64,000 nucleotides of DNA from NCBI RefSeq assembly GCF_004010195.1, contig NC_057719.1, positions 71,936,055 through 72,000,054 on the forward strand, read 5' to 3'. Of this stretch, positions 1 through 11,940 are shown piece by piece. Position 1 is the stretch's first letter. Every line of letters starts with the position of its first letter. Below the pieces are notes generated by a model, which saw nothing but the letters and a program-made list of their open reading frames with translations, searched no databases and was not told the DNA's origin. This DNA comes from Chiloscyllium plagiosum. Its lineage: Eukaryota. The translations under genes and the position numbers were made by a program.

Positions 1-1151
1 AAGGGATTGGGGAGCACGCTTTTTCCTCGTCAGCTACGCTAAATACTTCCGTGGCCTATCCCTATACTCAAGCAGCCTTTGTCTAGCAAAAAATAAGTTA
101 TTTCTTGGTGGTTGGTGTAAGTATTGAATTCAAGGTAGTCTGAAGGGTCATGATCTGTTGTAGCTTGGTCACCACAGGCCTTGCAAAATGCGCGGCCTCA
201 GCGGCTTTCAGCTGTGTCTCAAGTAGATGCTGCTGTTCCCCCTTCTGTCCTTTCTAGTTCGCCAAATACAAAACAACTAATCCCTTAGCAAAGGCCTTGG
301 CGGTCTTCCATAACACAGACTAGCCGTGCCTGAGTTGATAATCAAGAATTCCTGAAACTCCCTCAAAAAGTATTCCACAAATTTGGGATCCTTAAGGAAA
401 AAACAATCCAGATGCCAGTGTTGCAAACCTTGCCCCTCACTCTTGGCCTTAACCTCCAAATATACCGCCATGTGATTAGAGATAGCTATGTTCCCAATTT
501 TACAACTCATAATCAAATCCAGAAGGGTCAACAGAGCCAAATAAAGATCAATTCTCATGTGACATTTATGTGAGTTTGAAATAAAGGCGAAGTCCCTGCC
601 GGTAGGGTGAAACATCTACAAATATCCACCAGCCCCAACTCCTTGCATATGTCAGCCATCTGCTTGGCCTGCGAACAGGTAGTTGGAGGTCCACTAAGCA
701 TCCTGTCCACTGTTGGATCCTAAAGGCAATTCAAATCCCCCCCCATAACAATATGCCGTGTTCCAAAGGCACTCAGCTTAGAAAAGGCACTAATCAAAAA
801 TTTGAGAGGATGCGCCAGAGGACAGGAGATATTTAAAATGCCATATTCCTCCCCATGTATCAGGGCCTTAAGTATCACAAACCACCATTGCTCATTTTTC
901 ACCTGCTCTAATAATGTGAACAGAAGATTTTTCTGGATAAGTACAGCCACTCCCCTACTTTTAGTAGTAAAGGATGAAAAGAATACCCAATCATAACCCC
1001 CCCCTGCTGTAAGCCCCATCATCAAGATGGGTTTCCTGTAACAGGGTGATATCAGCCTTTTCCCTCTTAAGGCTAGAAAGCACTTTTTTTCCTTTTAACA
1101 GGCGAATGACTTGATGTTCCAGATGCATCATTTAACAAGACACTTAGCCAT
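1..1151 (-). pseudogene. L1 ORF2 N-terminus (APE endonuclease), disrupted
   Basis: ORF-track pieces 720..1025 and 277..615 carry L1 endonuclease motifs. Confidence 0.85.
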
Positions 1152-2043
1152 ATCCCCTTTCAGAGACCCTTGAACCCCCGGGAGGGAGAACACGGCTTGC
1201 AATGCACCGAGCACAAGTAAATGGTGACTCATAGAGTCACAGAATTATGTATACAAAAACTACTCTATGATAACTATAAACAACTATTGCTACCAAAAAA
1301 CTACAAAAAAACTATAAAACCTTGAACGGGAGACTCTCCCCCCTGCCCATAGGGGCACTCACTCTACCCATGTCCTCCTGCATAGTCCTTCAGGCCCGGA
1401 CTGTGCCCCAGCCTTGGGCAAAAGAAATAAACAAGGAGATGATCCTTAAGTCACAACCTTCTGACCAATACAATTCAGAGTAAAATCTATGAAAAACCTC
1501 ATTAATTCTTTTGGCATCATATGTAAGGACCCCAGCGCTGTTTCTAACTGCAGTAAGGGATTGGAGAGCACGCTTTTTCCTCGTCAGATATGCTAAATAC
1601 TTCCGTGGCCTATCCCCATACTCAAACAGCCTTTGTCTAGCAAAAAATAAGTTATTTCTTGGTGGTTGGTGTAAGTATTGAATTCAAGGTAGTCTGAAGG
1701 GTCGTGATCTGTTGTAGCTTGGTCACCAAAGGCCTTGCAAAATGTGCGGCCTCACTACTAAAAAGAAGACAAAGTCAGGATAAGCAATCTGCCCATCCCC
1801 AGCATCATGTCACCCCTACTTGTGACTAAAAGAGAAAAAGAACAAAAAAAAGGGCACCCACAAAATTTCCCATGATAAAATCGAGATATAAAGATATAAT
1901 AGGAACACATAGTCCAAGATTTTTGGATTTTTTTAATTAATAGGGAAAGAGAAAAAAAGGGAAAAAGGAAAACACAGGGAAAGAAGGAAAAGAGGATGAA
2001 CATTAATCGTATTCTTCAGACCAATCAGTCTATTTTGAAGTAT

Positions 2044-2800
2044 CTACAAAGTTCTTGGCTTTATCCACCGAGTCAAACATATAAACTGAGACCCCATGGC
2101 TGAAACCAACATTGCGAGATTCCTCATGGAGTACTGGATACCCAGGTTCCTCAGCCTCTTTTTATCTTCATGGAAGTACTTCCTCTTTCGCATTACAGCT
2201 GCCGAGAAATCCTGGAAAGACATGATTTTTGACCCATTGTGCAGCAATGCCTGTGGATCTTTCCCCACTCTTTGCTTGTCCCTGTATGTGAGGAAGTGCA
2301 CAAGGACCGGGTAGGGGTACTGTACAGGCTCAGACTTGCACACCGCCACCTGATAGGTCCTTTCAATCTGCAGCCATCCGGATTCAATTTGAAGGTCCAG
2401 GAACTGCGGCAGCCAGTTCTCAAAGAGGTTGACTGGCTGTCCACCTTCTTAACCCTCCGGGAGCCTGACAATCCGAAGATTCATCCTCCCACCTCGATTT
2501 TCAAGGTCGTCGGCCTGATTTCGTAAGGCCCATACTTCCTGCTCCAGTACCTGGATCTGTCCGGATGAGGACTCGATCGCTGCCTCTGAGGCTGTGATTC
2601 AACCCTCCACCTAATCCACCTGCTCTCCGAGGCCCTGGAGCTCCTGTGAATCCATCAAGTCCCCTGGGGGTTCGGGAGAGGTTGCTGCTGCTGCAGCCTC
2701 TGGTGTGCCCGAAGCTGCAGGGGAGTGTCCTCCTTCCTGCTGTTTGCTCGCTCTTTTTCCTTTTGGCATTCTTCCCACTCCAAATTGTCAATGAATATGT
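2044..2800 (-). pseudogene. L1 ORF1 (nucleic-acid chaperone), disrupted
   Basis: ENRGGRMNLRI and VLVHFLTYRDKQ...KIMSFQDFSAAVMRKRK motifs; stops and frameshifts present. Confidence 0.8.
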
Positions 2801-2929
2801 GTTCTTCAAGTTTTTAAATTAATTAATGCTCAGAGATTATTGACCAGGGATGGTAAAAACACACCAGTATGCCTTGGCTGTTAGGCAGAGCCGTCCATGG
2901 CAGTTCTACTGAATCGCTACCATCTTGCT

Positions 2930-4561
2930 GAGTCCGGAAGCCAAACTTTTTTATGGACCAACTCATAATCATCAGCCATTTCAGCTGCTAATCTTGCCGT
3001 TTTAACTCCATGATCCTTCACATGAGTTCTCACTACTTCAGGAAGTGACATTTTGAATTCCTCCAAAATAATTGTCTAAGAGCTTCGTAGGTTTGCTCTA
3101 ACTTTAATGCTCTTATCCACCAATCAAAATTACTTTGTTTGACCCTTTCAAACTCACTGTAGGTTTGATCTTAGATTCTTGAAACATTGTCTGTAGGCTT
3201 CTGGCACAAGCTCATATGCACTTAAGATGGCTTTCTTCACCTCCTCATACACCCCAAATACTACCTCTGATTGTGATGCGAATATCTCACTAGCTCTACC
3301 TCCAAGTTTCGTTTGGATCAACAAAAAGCACATGGTCACTGGCCACCGCATTTGTTTAGCTACCTTTTCAACTGAGATGAAAAAGGCTTCCACATCGCTT
3401 TCATCAAATTTAAGCAATGCTTCTCACCAGGCCTTTGGCTACCATGGGTTTGCTTGTCCTCACTAAGCTTACCTTCAGCCTTCATCTCCATCCTTTTAGG
3501 CTGGCTTTCCTGTCTAAGTGCCAATATCTTAAGTTCAAACTCCCCCTCTTTCTTCCTTTCCTCTCTCTTTTCTCTCTCTTTCTCCCTCCTTTTCTTTTTG
3601 TTCTACTAAAGTGATTGTGTCCTTTTCTTTTTGTACTGCTAGGGCCTTTCATTCTTTTTTCTCTTCCTTCTGCTTTTAATCGTAATTCAAACAGTTTCAT
3701 TTCTTTTGCCCTTCCCTTGTCTCTAACTCAAGCTGCTTCATTTTCAATTGAACTTTGGCCATCTCTAAAGATTCTGATGGTATTTCCAGCAAATTTAAAT
3801 GCTGAGCTATTGCGCTAATTATCTCTCCTTTCTTTACGGAAGGTGGCAGCTCCAACTCCAGCTTGTTCGCTAATTCCAGCAGCTTGACCTTAATCACCTT
3901 TTGCAAAACCCCCAAAGTACTGACAGAAAGAGCCATTGCTATCCCAAGGACTGTTCAAACAAACCAAAATCTACATCCAGAACACAAAACACTAACACCT
4001 ATCACTCACAGCCTTTGAATCCAACAACCTTAATCTCAATTTGGACTATAGAACAAATCCCAAGTGAGCCTCCAACTTGTTATGGACCAGGCTAGACCCT
4101 CTCAACACATTTCAAGAAAGTAGTCCGGACCCTAACTTTGGCAGTTGTTTGGAGCAGGTGTATAGTAGACATTCCGGAGTGACGCAGCTGGTCCAACCAT
4201 TTAGTTTTAAACAAAACAGAGTTGATCTGCAAGATCACCGAATGAAACACAAACAAAAGAAAACAGAATACAGAATAACTTAACCTATCCAAAAACCCAT
4301 GAGTCTATCCCAACTGTTCCAAAGCTGTTCCAAATTCCTGAAACAATCCCCAAAAACATACCTGGGCAAAAAGAAAAGGTAAAATCAACCACAGGATCTT
4401 ACATGAGAAAGAGAGATGGCAGAGGGATTCAGCATGAAACACCTTCTTCCATGTAAGCTGTTTCTTGGATCAGGACCCTCAAACCTGACGAGCAGCTCAG
4501 AACCCAAATCAAATCAAATCAAAGCAGAGACAAGCTGATCTGGAGGACTGGCCACTTCCCT
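2930..4561 (-). mobile_element. Gmr1-like Gypsy LTR retrotransposon, 5' part (5' LTR, PBS, gag with SCAN-like segment), interrupted by the L1 and by a Penelope fragment
   Basis: LTR edge TGT at 4078; PBS at 4057-4074; gag ATG at 3936; KFDESDVEAFF...AYELVPEAYRQCFKNLR at 3154-3417; clear nucleotide similarity to the gag and LTR of the element at 46202-51515. Confidence 0.85.
4057..4074 (-). promoter_or_regulatory. Primer-binding site, tRNA-Pro-like (degenerate)
   Basis: TGGAGGCTCACTTGGGAT, 3 nt inside the LTR end, versus canonical PBS-Pro TGGGGGCTCGTCCGGGAT. Confidence 0.65.
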
Positions 4562-5030
4562 TTATTGTTGTGGTTCTGTTCGCCGAGCTGGGAATTTGTG
4601 TTGCAGATGTTTTGTCCCCGTCTTGGTGACATCCTCAGTGCTTGGGAGCCTCCTGTGAAGCGCTTCTGTGATGTTTCCTCCGGCATTTATAGTGATTTGT
4701 ATCTGCCGCTTCTGGTTGTCAGTTCCAGCTGTCCGCTGCAGTGGCCGGTATATTGGGTCCAGGTCGATGTGCTTATTGATTGAATCTGTGGATGAGTGCC
4801 ATGCCTCTAGGAATTCCCTGGCTGTTCTCTGTTTGGCTTGTCCTATAATAGTAGTGTTGTCCCAGTCGAATTCATGTTGCTTGTCACCTGTGTGTGTGGC
4901 TACTAAGGATAGCTGGTCATGTCGTTTCGTGGCTAGTTGGTGTTCATGGATACGGACCGTTAGCTGTTTTCCTGTGTGTCCTATGTAGTGTTTTATGCAG
5001 TCCTTGCATGGGATTTTGTACACCACATAG
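4562..5030 (-). mobile_element. Penelope-like element 3' fragment (GIY-YIG endonuclease plus pLTR)
   Basis: VYKIPCKDCIKHYIGHTGKQLTVRIHEHQ...REFLEAWH...SIN is the Penelope GIY-YIG signature; degenerate hammerhead core at about 4606-4639. Confidence 0.9.
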
Positions 5031-5100
5031 ACAGCTAGTATATTCTCTACTTCTCTTTGTTACAATAATTTCAAAAGGATCCCTTATACAGTGTAAAACA

Positions 5101-5200
5101 TTCTGAGGGAGGATCACTAGACCCGAACCGTTAACTCTGATTTCTCTGCACAGTTGTTGCCAGACCTGCTGAGCTTTTCTAGCAATTTCTGTTTGTTTCA
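5101..5200 (+). repeat. Penelope pLTR-derived mini-repeat with degenerate hammerhead core
   Basis: ctgaggga-ggatcactagacc-cgaaccgtta followed by the gccagacctgctgagcttttc motif shared with other copies. Confidence 0.6.
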
Positions 5201-5461
5201 GTCACTATCAAATATCCTTCCATTTAACACTGAGACTCTGGTAATAGCTGCAGATTCAACCACATCAATATCTGGCTTGGGAAATTAATGTGATCAATTT
5301 TCCATCTTCTCTGCTGAGCTTTTTCTGACAACTTGCTTAGGAAGGAGGCTGCAAAGAGCAGAGGACAAGTCTGACCGTCTGTGAAAATACCCGAAATAGA
5401 TAACACTCCCATTTATTCTTATTTCGAAACAAAGTGACGCAGTAATCAGACTGATACCTCA

Positions 5462-5759
5462 NNNNNNNNNNNNNNNNNNNNNNNNNNNNNNNNNNNNNNN
5501 NNNNNNNNNNNNNNNNNNNNNNNNNNNNNNNNNNNNNNNNNNNNNNNNNNNNNNNNNNNNNNNNNNNNNNNNNNNNNNNNNNNNNNNNNNNNNNNNNNNN
5601 NNNNNNNNNNNNNNNNNNNNNNNNNNNNNNNNNNNNNNNNNNNNNNNNNNNNNNNNNNNNNNNNNNNNNNNNNNNNNNNNNNNNNNNNNNNNNNNNNNNN
5701 NNNNNNNNNNNNNNNNNNNNNNNNNNNNNNNNNNNNNNNNNNNNNNNNNNNNNNNNNNN
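5462..5759. other. Assembly gap (298 N)
   Basis: Run of n. Confidence 1.
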
Positions 5760-6003
5760 CACATCGACCTGGACCCAATATACCGGCCACTGCAGCGGAC
5801 AGCTGGAACTGACAACCAGAAGCGGCAGATACAAACCACTATAAATGCCGGAGGAAAGATCACAGAAGTGCTTCACAGGAGGCTCCCAAGCACTGAGGAT
5901 GTCACCTAGACAGGGGATGAAACGTCTGCAACACAAATTCCCAGCTTGGCGAACAGAACCACAACAACGAGCACCCGAGCTACAAATCTTCTCCCAAACT
6001 TTG
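5760..6003 (+). mobile_element. Penelope pLTR fragment, inverted relative to 4562-4770
   Basis: Reverse complement of about 4565-4770; contains CTGAGGA-tgtcacct-agac-aggggat-GAAAC-GTC at about 5893-5926. Confidence 0.88.
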
Positions 6004-6149
6004 AACTTCCCTTTCATTGTACAGATGTTTTTTAACTTAAAGCTTCCTCAAGTAGATCAACCCCAGGAGACTTCAATATTATAGTAACAGATATTTGGAA
6101 AATTAATTGAAGACCAACTGGGCAGTAGCTTGGAACATCAGAAAATCCT

Positions 6150-6415
6150 GGGCAGCATGATGGCACAATGGTTAACACTGCTGCCTCACAGCATCAGAGA
6201 CCCAGGTTCAATTCCTGCCTCAGGTGACTGACTGTATGGAGTTTGCACATTCTCCCCGTGTCTGTGTGGGTTTCCTCCCACAGTCCAAAAATGTGCAGGT
6301 TAGGTGAGTTGGCCATGTTAGATTGCCCATAGTGTTAGGGGCAGGGGGGAATGAGTCTGGGTGGGTTGTGGATCGGTGTGGGCTTGAAGGGCCTGTTTCC
6401 ACACTGTAAGTAATT
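6150..6415 (+). mobile_element. HE1-type tRNA-derived SINE
   Basis: A box TGGCACAATGG (6161-6171), B box GGTTCAATTCC (6205-6215), V-SINE-like core gagtttgcacattctccccgtgtctg, CR1-like tail. Confidence 0.85.
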
Positions 6416-6839
6416 CAAACAATAACCTATCTATAGATAACATACGTATCTATATATAGATCATTGACCACAAAGATGATAGAACTAATTCCTTTTTTAT
6501 TAAAATTGAATATTATATAAATTATTTCAAGATATAAGAAATTTTAAGCATCCCTTTACAAGAAAGTAAACAAAGTTGAGGAAACAAATACAAGTAAAAT
6601 AAAAGGCTATCACTATATCTCTCTTTTTCTTAAAAAAAAGATATTGCTCATGCTACTTTTTTTTAAACAAAAAGCATTTAAATGTTCTTAAAAGCATCTC
6701 TCAAAATGCTCCTTAAAAAACTACACAAAACACTAACAACATGGTTTTTAACATTTAGAAATGTGGTGTCGAGACCACAACTATTCATATTGTACATTAA
6801 CAATCGGGATGAATGAAGTAAGAGCATTGTTGCTACGTT

Positions 6840-7690
6840 TACAGGTGACAGAAAGATAGCTGGAGTGACAGGTAGTGTTGAGGAGATCAGGCAGCTGCAA
6901 AATGACTTAGACAGGATCAGAGAGTGGGCAGAGAATTGGCAGATAGCATACCATGTGGGGAAAGAGAGTGATTAAACACATTACACTACTTCCTAAATGG
7001 GGTAAGACTTCGAAAGTTAAAGCACAAAGGAATTTGAGAATCTGGAACTAGAATTCCTTTAATGTTAACATGCAGTATTGGTTGGCAGATAGAAAGGCAA
7101 ATGCTTTGTTAGTATTCATTTGGAGAGGACTGGAATACAATAGCAGGATGTACTGCTGAGACTGTATAAGGTTCTGTTTGAGGCTCTGGTCAGACTGTAT
7201 TTGGAATATTGTGAGGGGAAATTTTTGAACCTGTATCTAAGGAAGGATATGCTGGTCTTGGAGGGAACCTAGGTAAGGTTTGTAGGAATGTTCTGTACAT
7301 GATGGGGTTTAGAAGGATCCATTGAAATTTACAGAATACTGAGACATCTTTATGGAATGGGTGTGCAAAAGATGTTTCCACGAATAGGAGACACTAGGAC
7401 CTGAAGGCACAACCTCAGAGTAAATGGACAACTCTTTCGAATAAGATGAGAAGAAATTTCTTCAGCAAGAGGATGGTGAATCTGTGGAATTCATCACCAC
7501 AATTGTGATGGAGGCCAAGTGTCTTTAAGAGAGAGCTAGATAGTTAGATTCTTGAGTGTTAAGTAGATCAAAGGTTATGGAGAGAAGGTAGCAAAATGGG
7601 GTTGAGGAAGATATTAGTCATGATCAAATAACAGAGTAGACTTGATGGGTCGAAGGACTTAATTCTAGTCCTATATTTTATGGTCATATT
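6840..7690 (+). mobile_element. Old CR1 LINE 3' fragment
   Basis: Degenerate similarity to the RT C-terminus and 3'UTR of the CR1 at 16400-17300. Confidence 0.75.
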
Positions 7691-8061
7691 GTCTAATGTA
7701 AACTGAGTGATTTATATTATTAAAATATTTGCGTTAATAATTAATGTTTTGGTTTTGAAGTAGTGACATGTGAGTTTTCAATGTGTCTGAAGGATTTAAT
7801 TAACTTAAACTGTTTCTGTAGTTATGGTGATTTTGTTTTAAAATTTGTAAGGGCTAGCTTTCAAAACTAGTGGGATTTTGTTTACCTGACGAAGATTTAT
7901 AACCTAGTAAGCTAAAGAATTATGTCACAAGGTTTTTGTTAGAAATTTCTGGATTTGTTTGAGTTTTCGAGAATTATAAATAGCCTAGAAAATGATACTT
8001 TATCAGTTCTACTTTCAGTTTTGGGCAGTTCTGTCAAAGCTTTTATGTGTGCAGTGTTATA

Positions 8062-8222
8062 TAGTCATAGAGATGTACAGCACAGGAACAGACCCTTTGG
8101 TCCAACTCATCCATGCCGACCAGATATCCTAATCTAATTTAGTCTCATTTGCCAACACTTGGCCCATATCCCTCTAAACCCTTCCTATTCGAATACCTAC
8201 CAACAGACATTTAAATGCTGTA
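8062..8222 (-). mobile_element. CR1 3' tail fragment
   Basis: Reverse complement of about 17140-17297. Confidence 0.85.
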
Positions 8223-8612
8223 GGTTCCTGAGAAAGAAAGAGATAGACTAGATTTGTTAACACTATGTTATCTTATAAGGAGGGGTTTGTGATGGTCCCA
8301 GACCAGATGTATTTGCGTAAAACCATGAAGAGGTTAATTGAATCTAAAGATGTTTAAGCTCAGGTGTGTGGCAACTCCAGGAAGATGCTATTAATCTTCA
8401 TGACTGAGAATTGAAGTTAAATAAACCACATTGAGGTTTTAGAGAAAGTGATTTTCTGGTGTAACCAGTTATAACATCAACTAGGATCATAATGGAAGAT
8501 ATTGGTCAATTCCACCATTTCCTTTCTCCTAACCAAAAAAAATAAAAGTTGCCTTTGGTACAAACACCACCTATAGGGATAAACTACAACTACAATAGTG
8601 CAATTTCTAAAG

Positions 8613-8708
8613 GATTCCTGAAGAAGGGCTTATGCCCGAAACGTCGATTCTCCTCCTTTGATGCTGCCTGACCTGCTGCGCTTTTCCAGCAACACATTTT
8701 TCAGCTGA
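8613..8708 (+). mobile_element. 96-bp Penelope pLTR-derived mini-element with 11-bp TSD
   Basis: Flanked by AATTTCTAAAG at 8602-8612 and 8709-8719. Confidence 0.8.
8618..8645 (+). ncRNA. Minimal type-I hammerhead ribozyme motif
   Basis: CUGAAGA-a-GGGC-UUAU-GCCC-GAAA-C-GUC: intact core, perfect 4-bp stem II; stem I is very short. Confidence 0.7.
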
Positions 8709-9453
8709 AATTTCTAAAGTAACAGTTTTAAATGGACTAAGTAATTGAAGTTCCAGAGAAATGAACTTCTTAAATCTTTTTCGTTACGTGCAAGGAATTG
8801 ACAGAATTACTAGAATTCACAGAATTAACACATCTGGTCTTGAAGACCAATTCAAGGCAAAAAAATGATCTTCAGGATCAATAAACCACAATTCATGTCA
8901 TGCAAATTGCAAACCAAACATCTATTGACTAGTTTGTCAGAAGATGCCACAGCCAAGAGTATTAGTGTGACCTCTGTGAAAAGGAACTGTCAAAGAAGCT
9001 CAGTAAGTTAGTCATTGTCTCTATACCAATTAAAGCCTTTAGGAATGAACCTTTTTGCAAGACACTGTACTTAAGCATGGACACAAGTATAAAACAGTAG
9101 AAGCAAACTAACAACAATTATATGCTTCAAGCGCAGCCAACACGTTCACTATCATTAACAAAATGAACCAAAGCAAAAAGGTCGAAGTGATGTAGTTTGT
9201 CATACCGACACAAAAGCTTTCAGCTTTTGGTGATTCCTGTACACACGTGGTACCATGGGATATTGGGCATGTGCCCAAGGCCACGCCAGACTCCAGAACA
9301 AAATATAAGTGACCAACACCAGCAGCAAAGAAAATGTTAACAAGGTACATAAACATCAATGAGTTTCTGAGTCAAACAAGAGAAAGGCACATGTCAGAAG
9401 ATGACGAGGCTTCCCATATTGTTATCCTCACACGCCATGTTTATGGTCTAGAC

Positions 9454-11940
9454 CAGTGTTTCTCAACCTTTCCGTATTCAACGCCCCCTTCTTATCCTTG
9501 AAATCATGCAATGCCCCCAAATCACCAAAGTCTGTTTTTGCACATATAACTGCAGTGCTGAAAATGGAAAACTTTTGTGAAATATATTTTATATACAACA
9601 AAAAATAAATGTTATCATTTATTACTGTTCTTACTGTCCACCTACTTTTGGCTCAGTCTGTATAAAATTTAGTCTGTGATAGCAAAATAGTCAATGCGAT
9701 CCTTGTGGTTCATGTTGTCTTGCTAAATCTGGTTCAATTTTTGTCAAAAACAATCTCAGGTCACCACGCTGAACAACATCCATGCGATTGTGGGTCTTAT
9801 CTTGTATTCTGGCGATGGCACTGAATCCTTTCTCAACCAAATAAGAGGTCGGAAATGGTAGTGCAAACCGCTTTGCCTCTTCGCTTAATAGCCGGAAACG
9901 ACATCGGGTGGCATCTTGAATCCAAAAAAGGGGCTCACCCATTTGCGAAAACTGAATTTTCATTGCAGTGTCATTTTGGAGCTCTATCATTTCTTCCTGA
10001 AGGCGAATGTCCATTTCTTCTGCGCATGAGATAAAGGGGTCAGTCAGCCATGTAGGGATCTCCAGCTCGATAAGATCAGCAAATCGTATTTTCATATCAT
10101 CCTGCAGTGCATGAATGTGAGCTGAGTAGATAAGTAATTGATCATTAGTAACATCCTCCGCGATATTGTTTAAACTCGGGAACTGGTTAAACTCACGACG
10201 CCTGATATTCCGATGAAAGAGATCAAGTTTCACAATAAAAGATGTAACAGCATTCCTTGCTTTTATGAAACTCATTATCTCCTTGTATCTGCATGATCGG
10301 CGAATTGCACTTATCGAATACATCCGCGAGATATGCACAGTCGTGTTTTACAGTTTCGGCTTTCATACAAGGGTTTTCATTGCTTCTGTGTAGGAATTCG
10401 ATGATAGAATCGAACAGTTCATGGAAATGATTGAGGCATTTTCCTTTCGAGAGCCATCTCACTTCTGTGTGTAGCAGCAGTTAGAGAAATTCATCTTCAT
10501 TATCTTTACAGAGTTGGCGGAGAAGTCGTTCATTCAGAGTATGTCTCTTTATTTAATTTACCATATCTATCACCACTTGTAGAAAATGGTTGAGGGCTTC
10601 ACTAAGTTTCTTTGCAGCCAGATGCTGCAGATGGATAATGCAGTGTACTGTGAAAACATGTGGCACTTCTCTCTTTAATAATGCAACAAATCCTCGATGT
10701 TGGCGTGCATCTGTAGCACAAGCAACAATGTTTTTGAAGGGAACAGACTTTTTATCAAAATAATCCTTGACGCAGTTGAAGATAGTCGTACCTTTGGTAT
10801 CTGTCGGTAGATCCAGAGCAAAAAGTAGTTCTTCGCGTATTTCATTTTTGTCGATGAAACGTACATACCTCAAAAGTAAAGCTTGATTTCTGCATATAGT
10901 ACTTTCATCTAGTTGTAAGGCGATTTCTTTCAATATCAAAAGGGAACATAATTTATCCTCAACATTTGAGCCATTTCATCAATGCGCCTTCTCACAGAAT
11001 CGTTGCTAAGAGGAATATGCTTGATAGTCATTGATGGTTCCTGATGTAGCACGGTTGATAATACTTCAGCAATAGCTTGAAGCACCAACGATTCACTACG
11101 GAATGAGGTTTACCACATTTTGCAATTAGCTTCGTTATGTTGTATGATGCCACAAGGCCATCCACATTTGTGGCTCCCATCATTGAAAAAGCAGTGGAAA
11201 TCTTTGGTCGCTGATTGAATTTATTCTTTAATGTTTGAAAATATGCCAAATCTTTGTCCTCTTTGTCACTGTGTTTCTTTTCCAAATGTTTAATAAGATG
11301 GGAAGGCTGCATAGCCTCGTTGGAAAAACTTTGTTCACAGAGCAAGCACAGTGGTAACTGCTTATTAGGTGGAGATTGAATAAAACCATATCGCAAATAG
11401 TCCATGCTATACTGCCTGCTCTTTTTCTTACTTGATGAGGCCATTTTTACACTGTCGCTCGTATACCCTGAAAGAATCATGGGTATTACCTTATCATGAT
11501 AATTTTAAGACGCTCAGACAAGTCGCAAAATTTGATTGACTAATTAGGATGTAATGTGCATTCATTCTACCACCTGGTAGAACAGTTGAAAAGCTGTGTA
11601 TCATCTTCCTAGAAGCAACACGAGTTAGGTGATATTGATTTCGGCAGTAGAATCAGTGCCAACTGCGAACGAGTTCAAATGGTTTGCCATTTACAGAGAA
11701 GACTATCAATAATAGCACAGCAACCAATCAGAGCGCATGCCTTCATGGGTGCAGGGAAAATAACAGACCCGTGTTAAGCAACTATCCATCTGCACACAGC
11801 AATGTCCTTTAAGGACACGGCAGTCTTCCAAGTGATTGGTAAACTCTCTACAAAGTCATTCAGGCCCCCTTGCTGCCCCCTTTGACTTCAACGCCCACCG
11901 AAGGAAGGCAAATACCCCTCCGTCCCCATTGAGAACACTG
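9454..11940 (-). mobile_element. Full-length hAT DNA transposon, Buster/Charlie family
   Basis: TIRs CAGTGTTTCTCAA (9454) and TTGAGAACACTG (ends 11940); perfect 8-bp TSD GTCTAGAC at 9446-9453 and 11941-11948, with the central TA typical of Buster. Confidence 0.96.
9691..11444 (-). pseudogene. Buster-type transposase (ZBED5/ZBED8/SCAND3/FAM200-like family), frameshifted
   Basis: RQYSMDYLRYGF, BED finger CLLC..HL..KH, LQLDEST, CATD, HCIIH, RWLSKG, AYLADVF, LPFPTSYLVEKGFS, GDLRL, C-terminal QGSH*; split over four ORF pieces. Confidence 0.93.

Larger units (their letters stand above)
1..2930 (-). mobile_element. L1-clade LINE, 5' part (5'UTR, ORF1, spacer, start of ORF2); runs off the left edge of the window; decayed
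   Basis: Minus strand reads DDLENRGGRMNLRIVRLPEG at about 2455-2515 (L1 ORF1 motif). ORF2 starts MAKCLVK*CIWNIK at 1151, followed by APE endonuclease motifs (SRGVAVLI, GGDLN, RIDLYL, SNH). A YY1-like AAGATGGTAGCG lies near the 5' end (2915-2926). Confidence 0.88.

Noticed and set aside
5337..6017. Long ORFs (226, 134 and 114 aa)
   Set aside because: They are open only because they run through the N gap
6150..6220. tRNA gene
   Set aside because: The A and B boxes belong to a SINE head that continues into SINE core and tail; no full cloverleaf
9691..11480. Domesticated ZBED/SCAND3-like host gene
   Set aside because: Frameshifted and bounded by TIRs and a TSD, so it is a transposon copy
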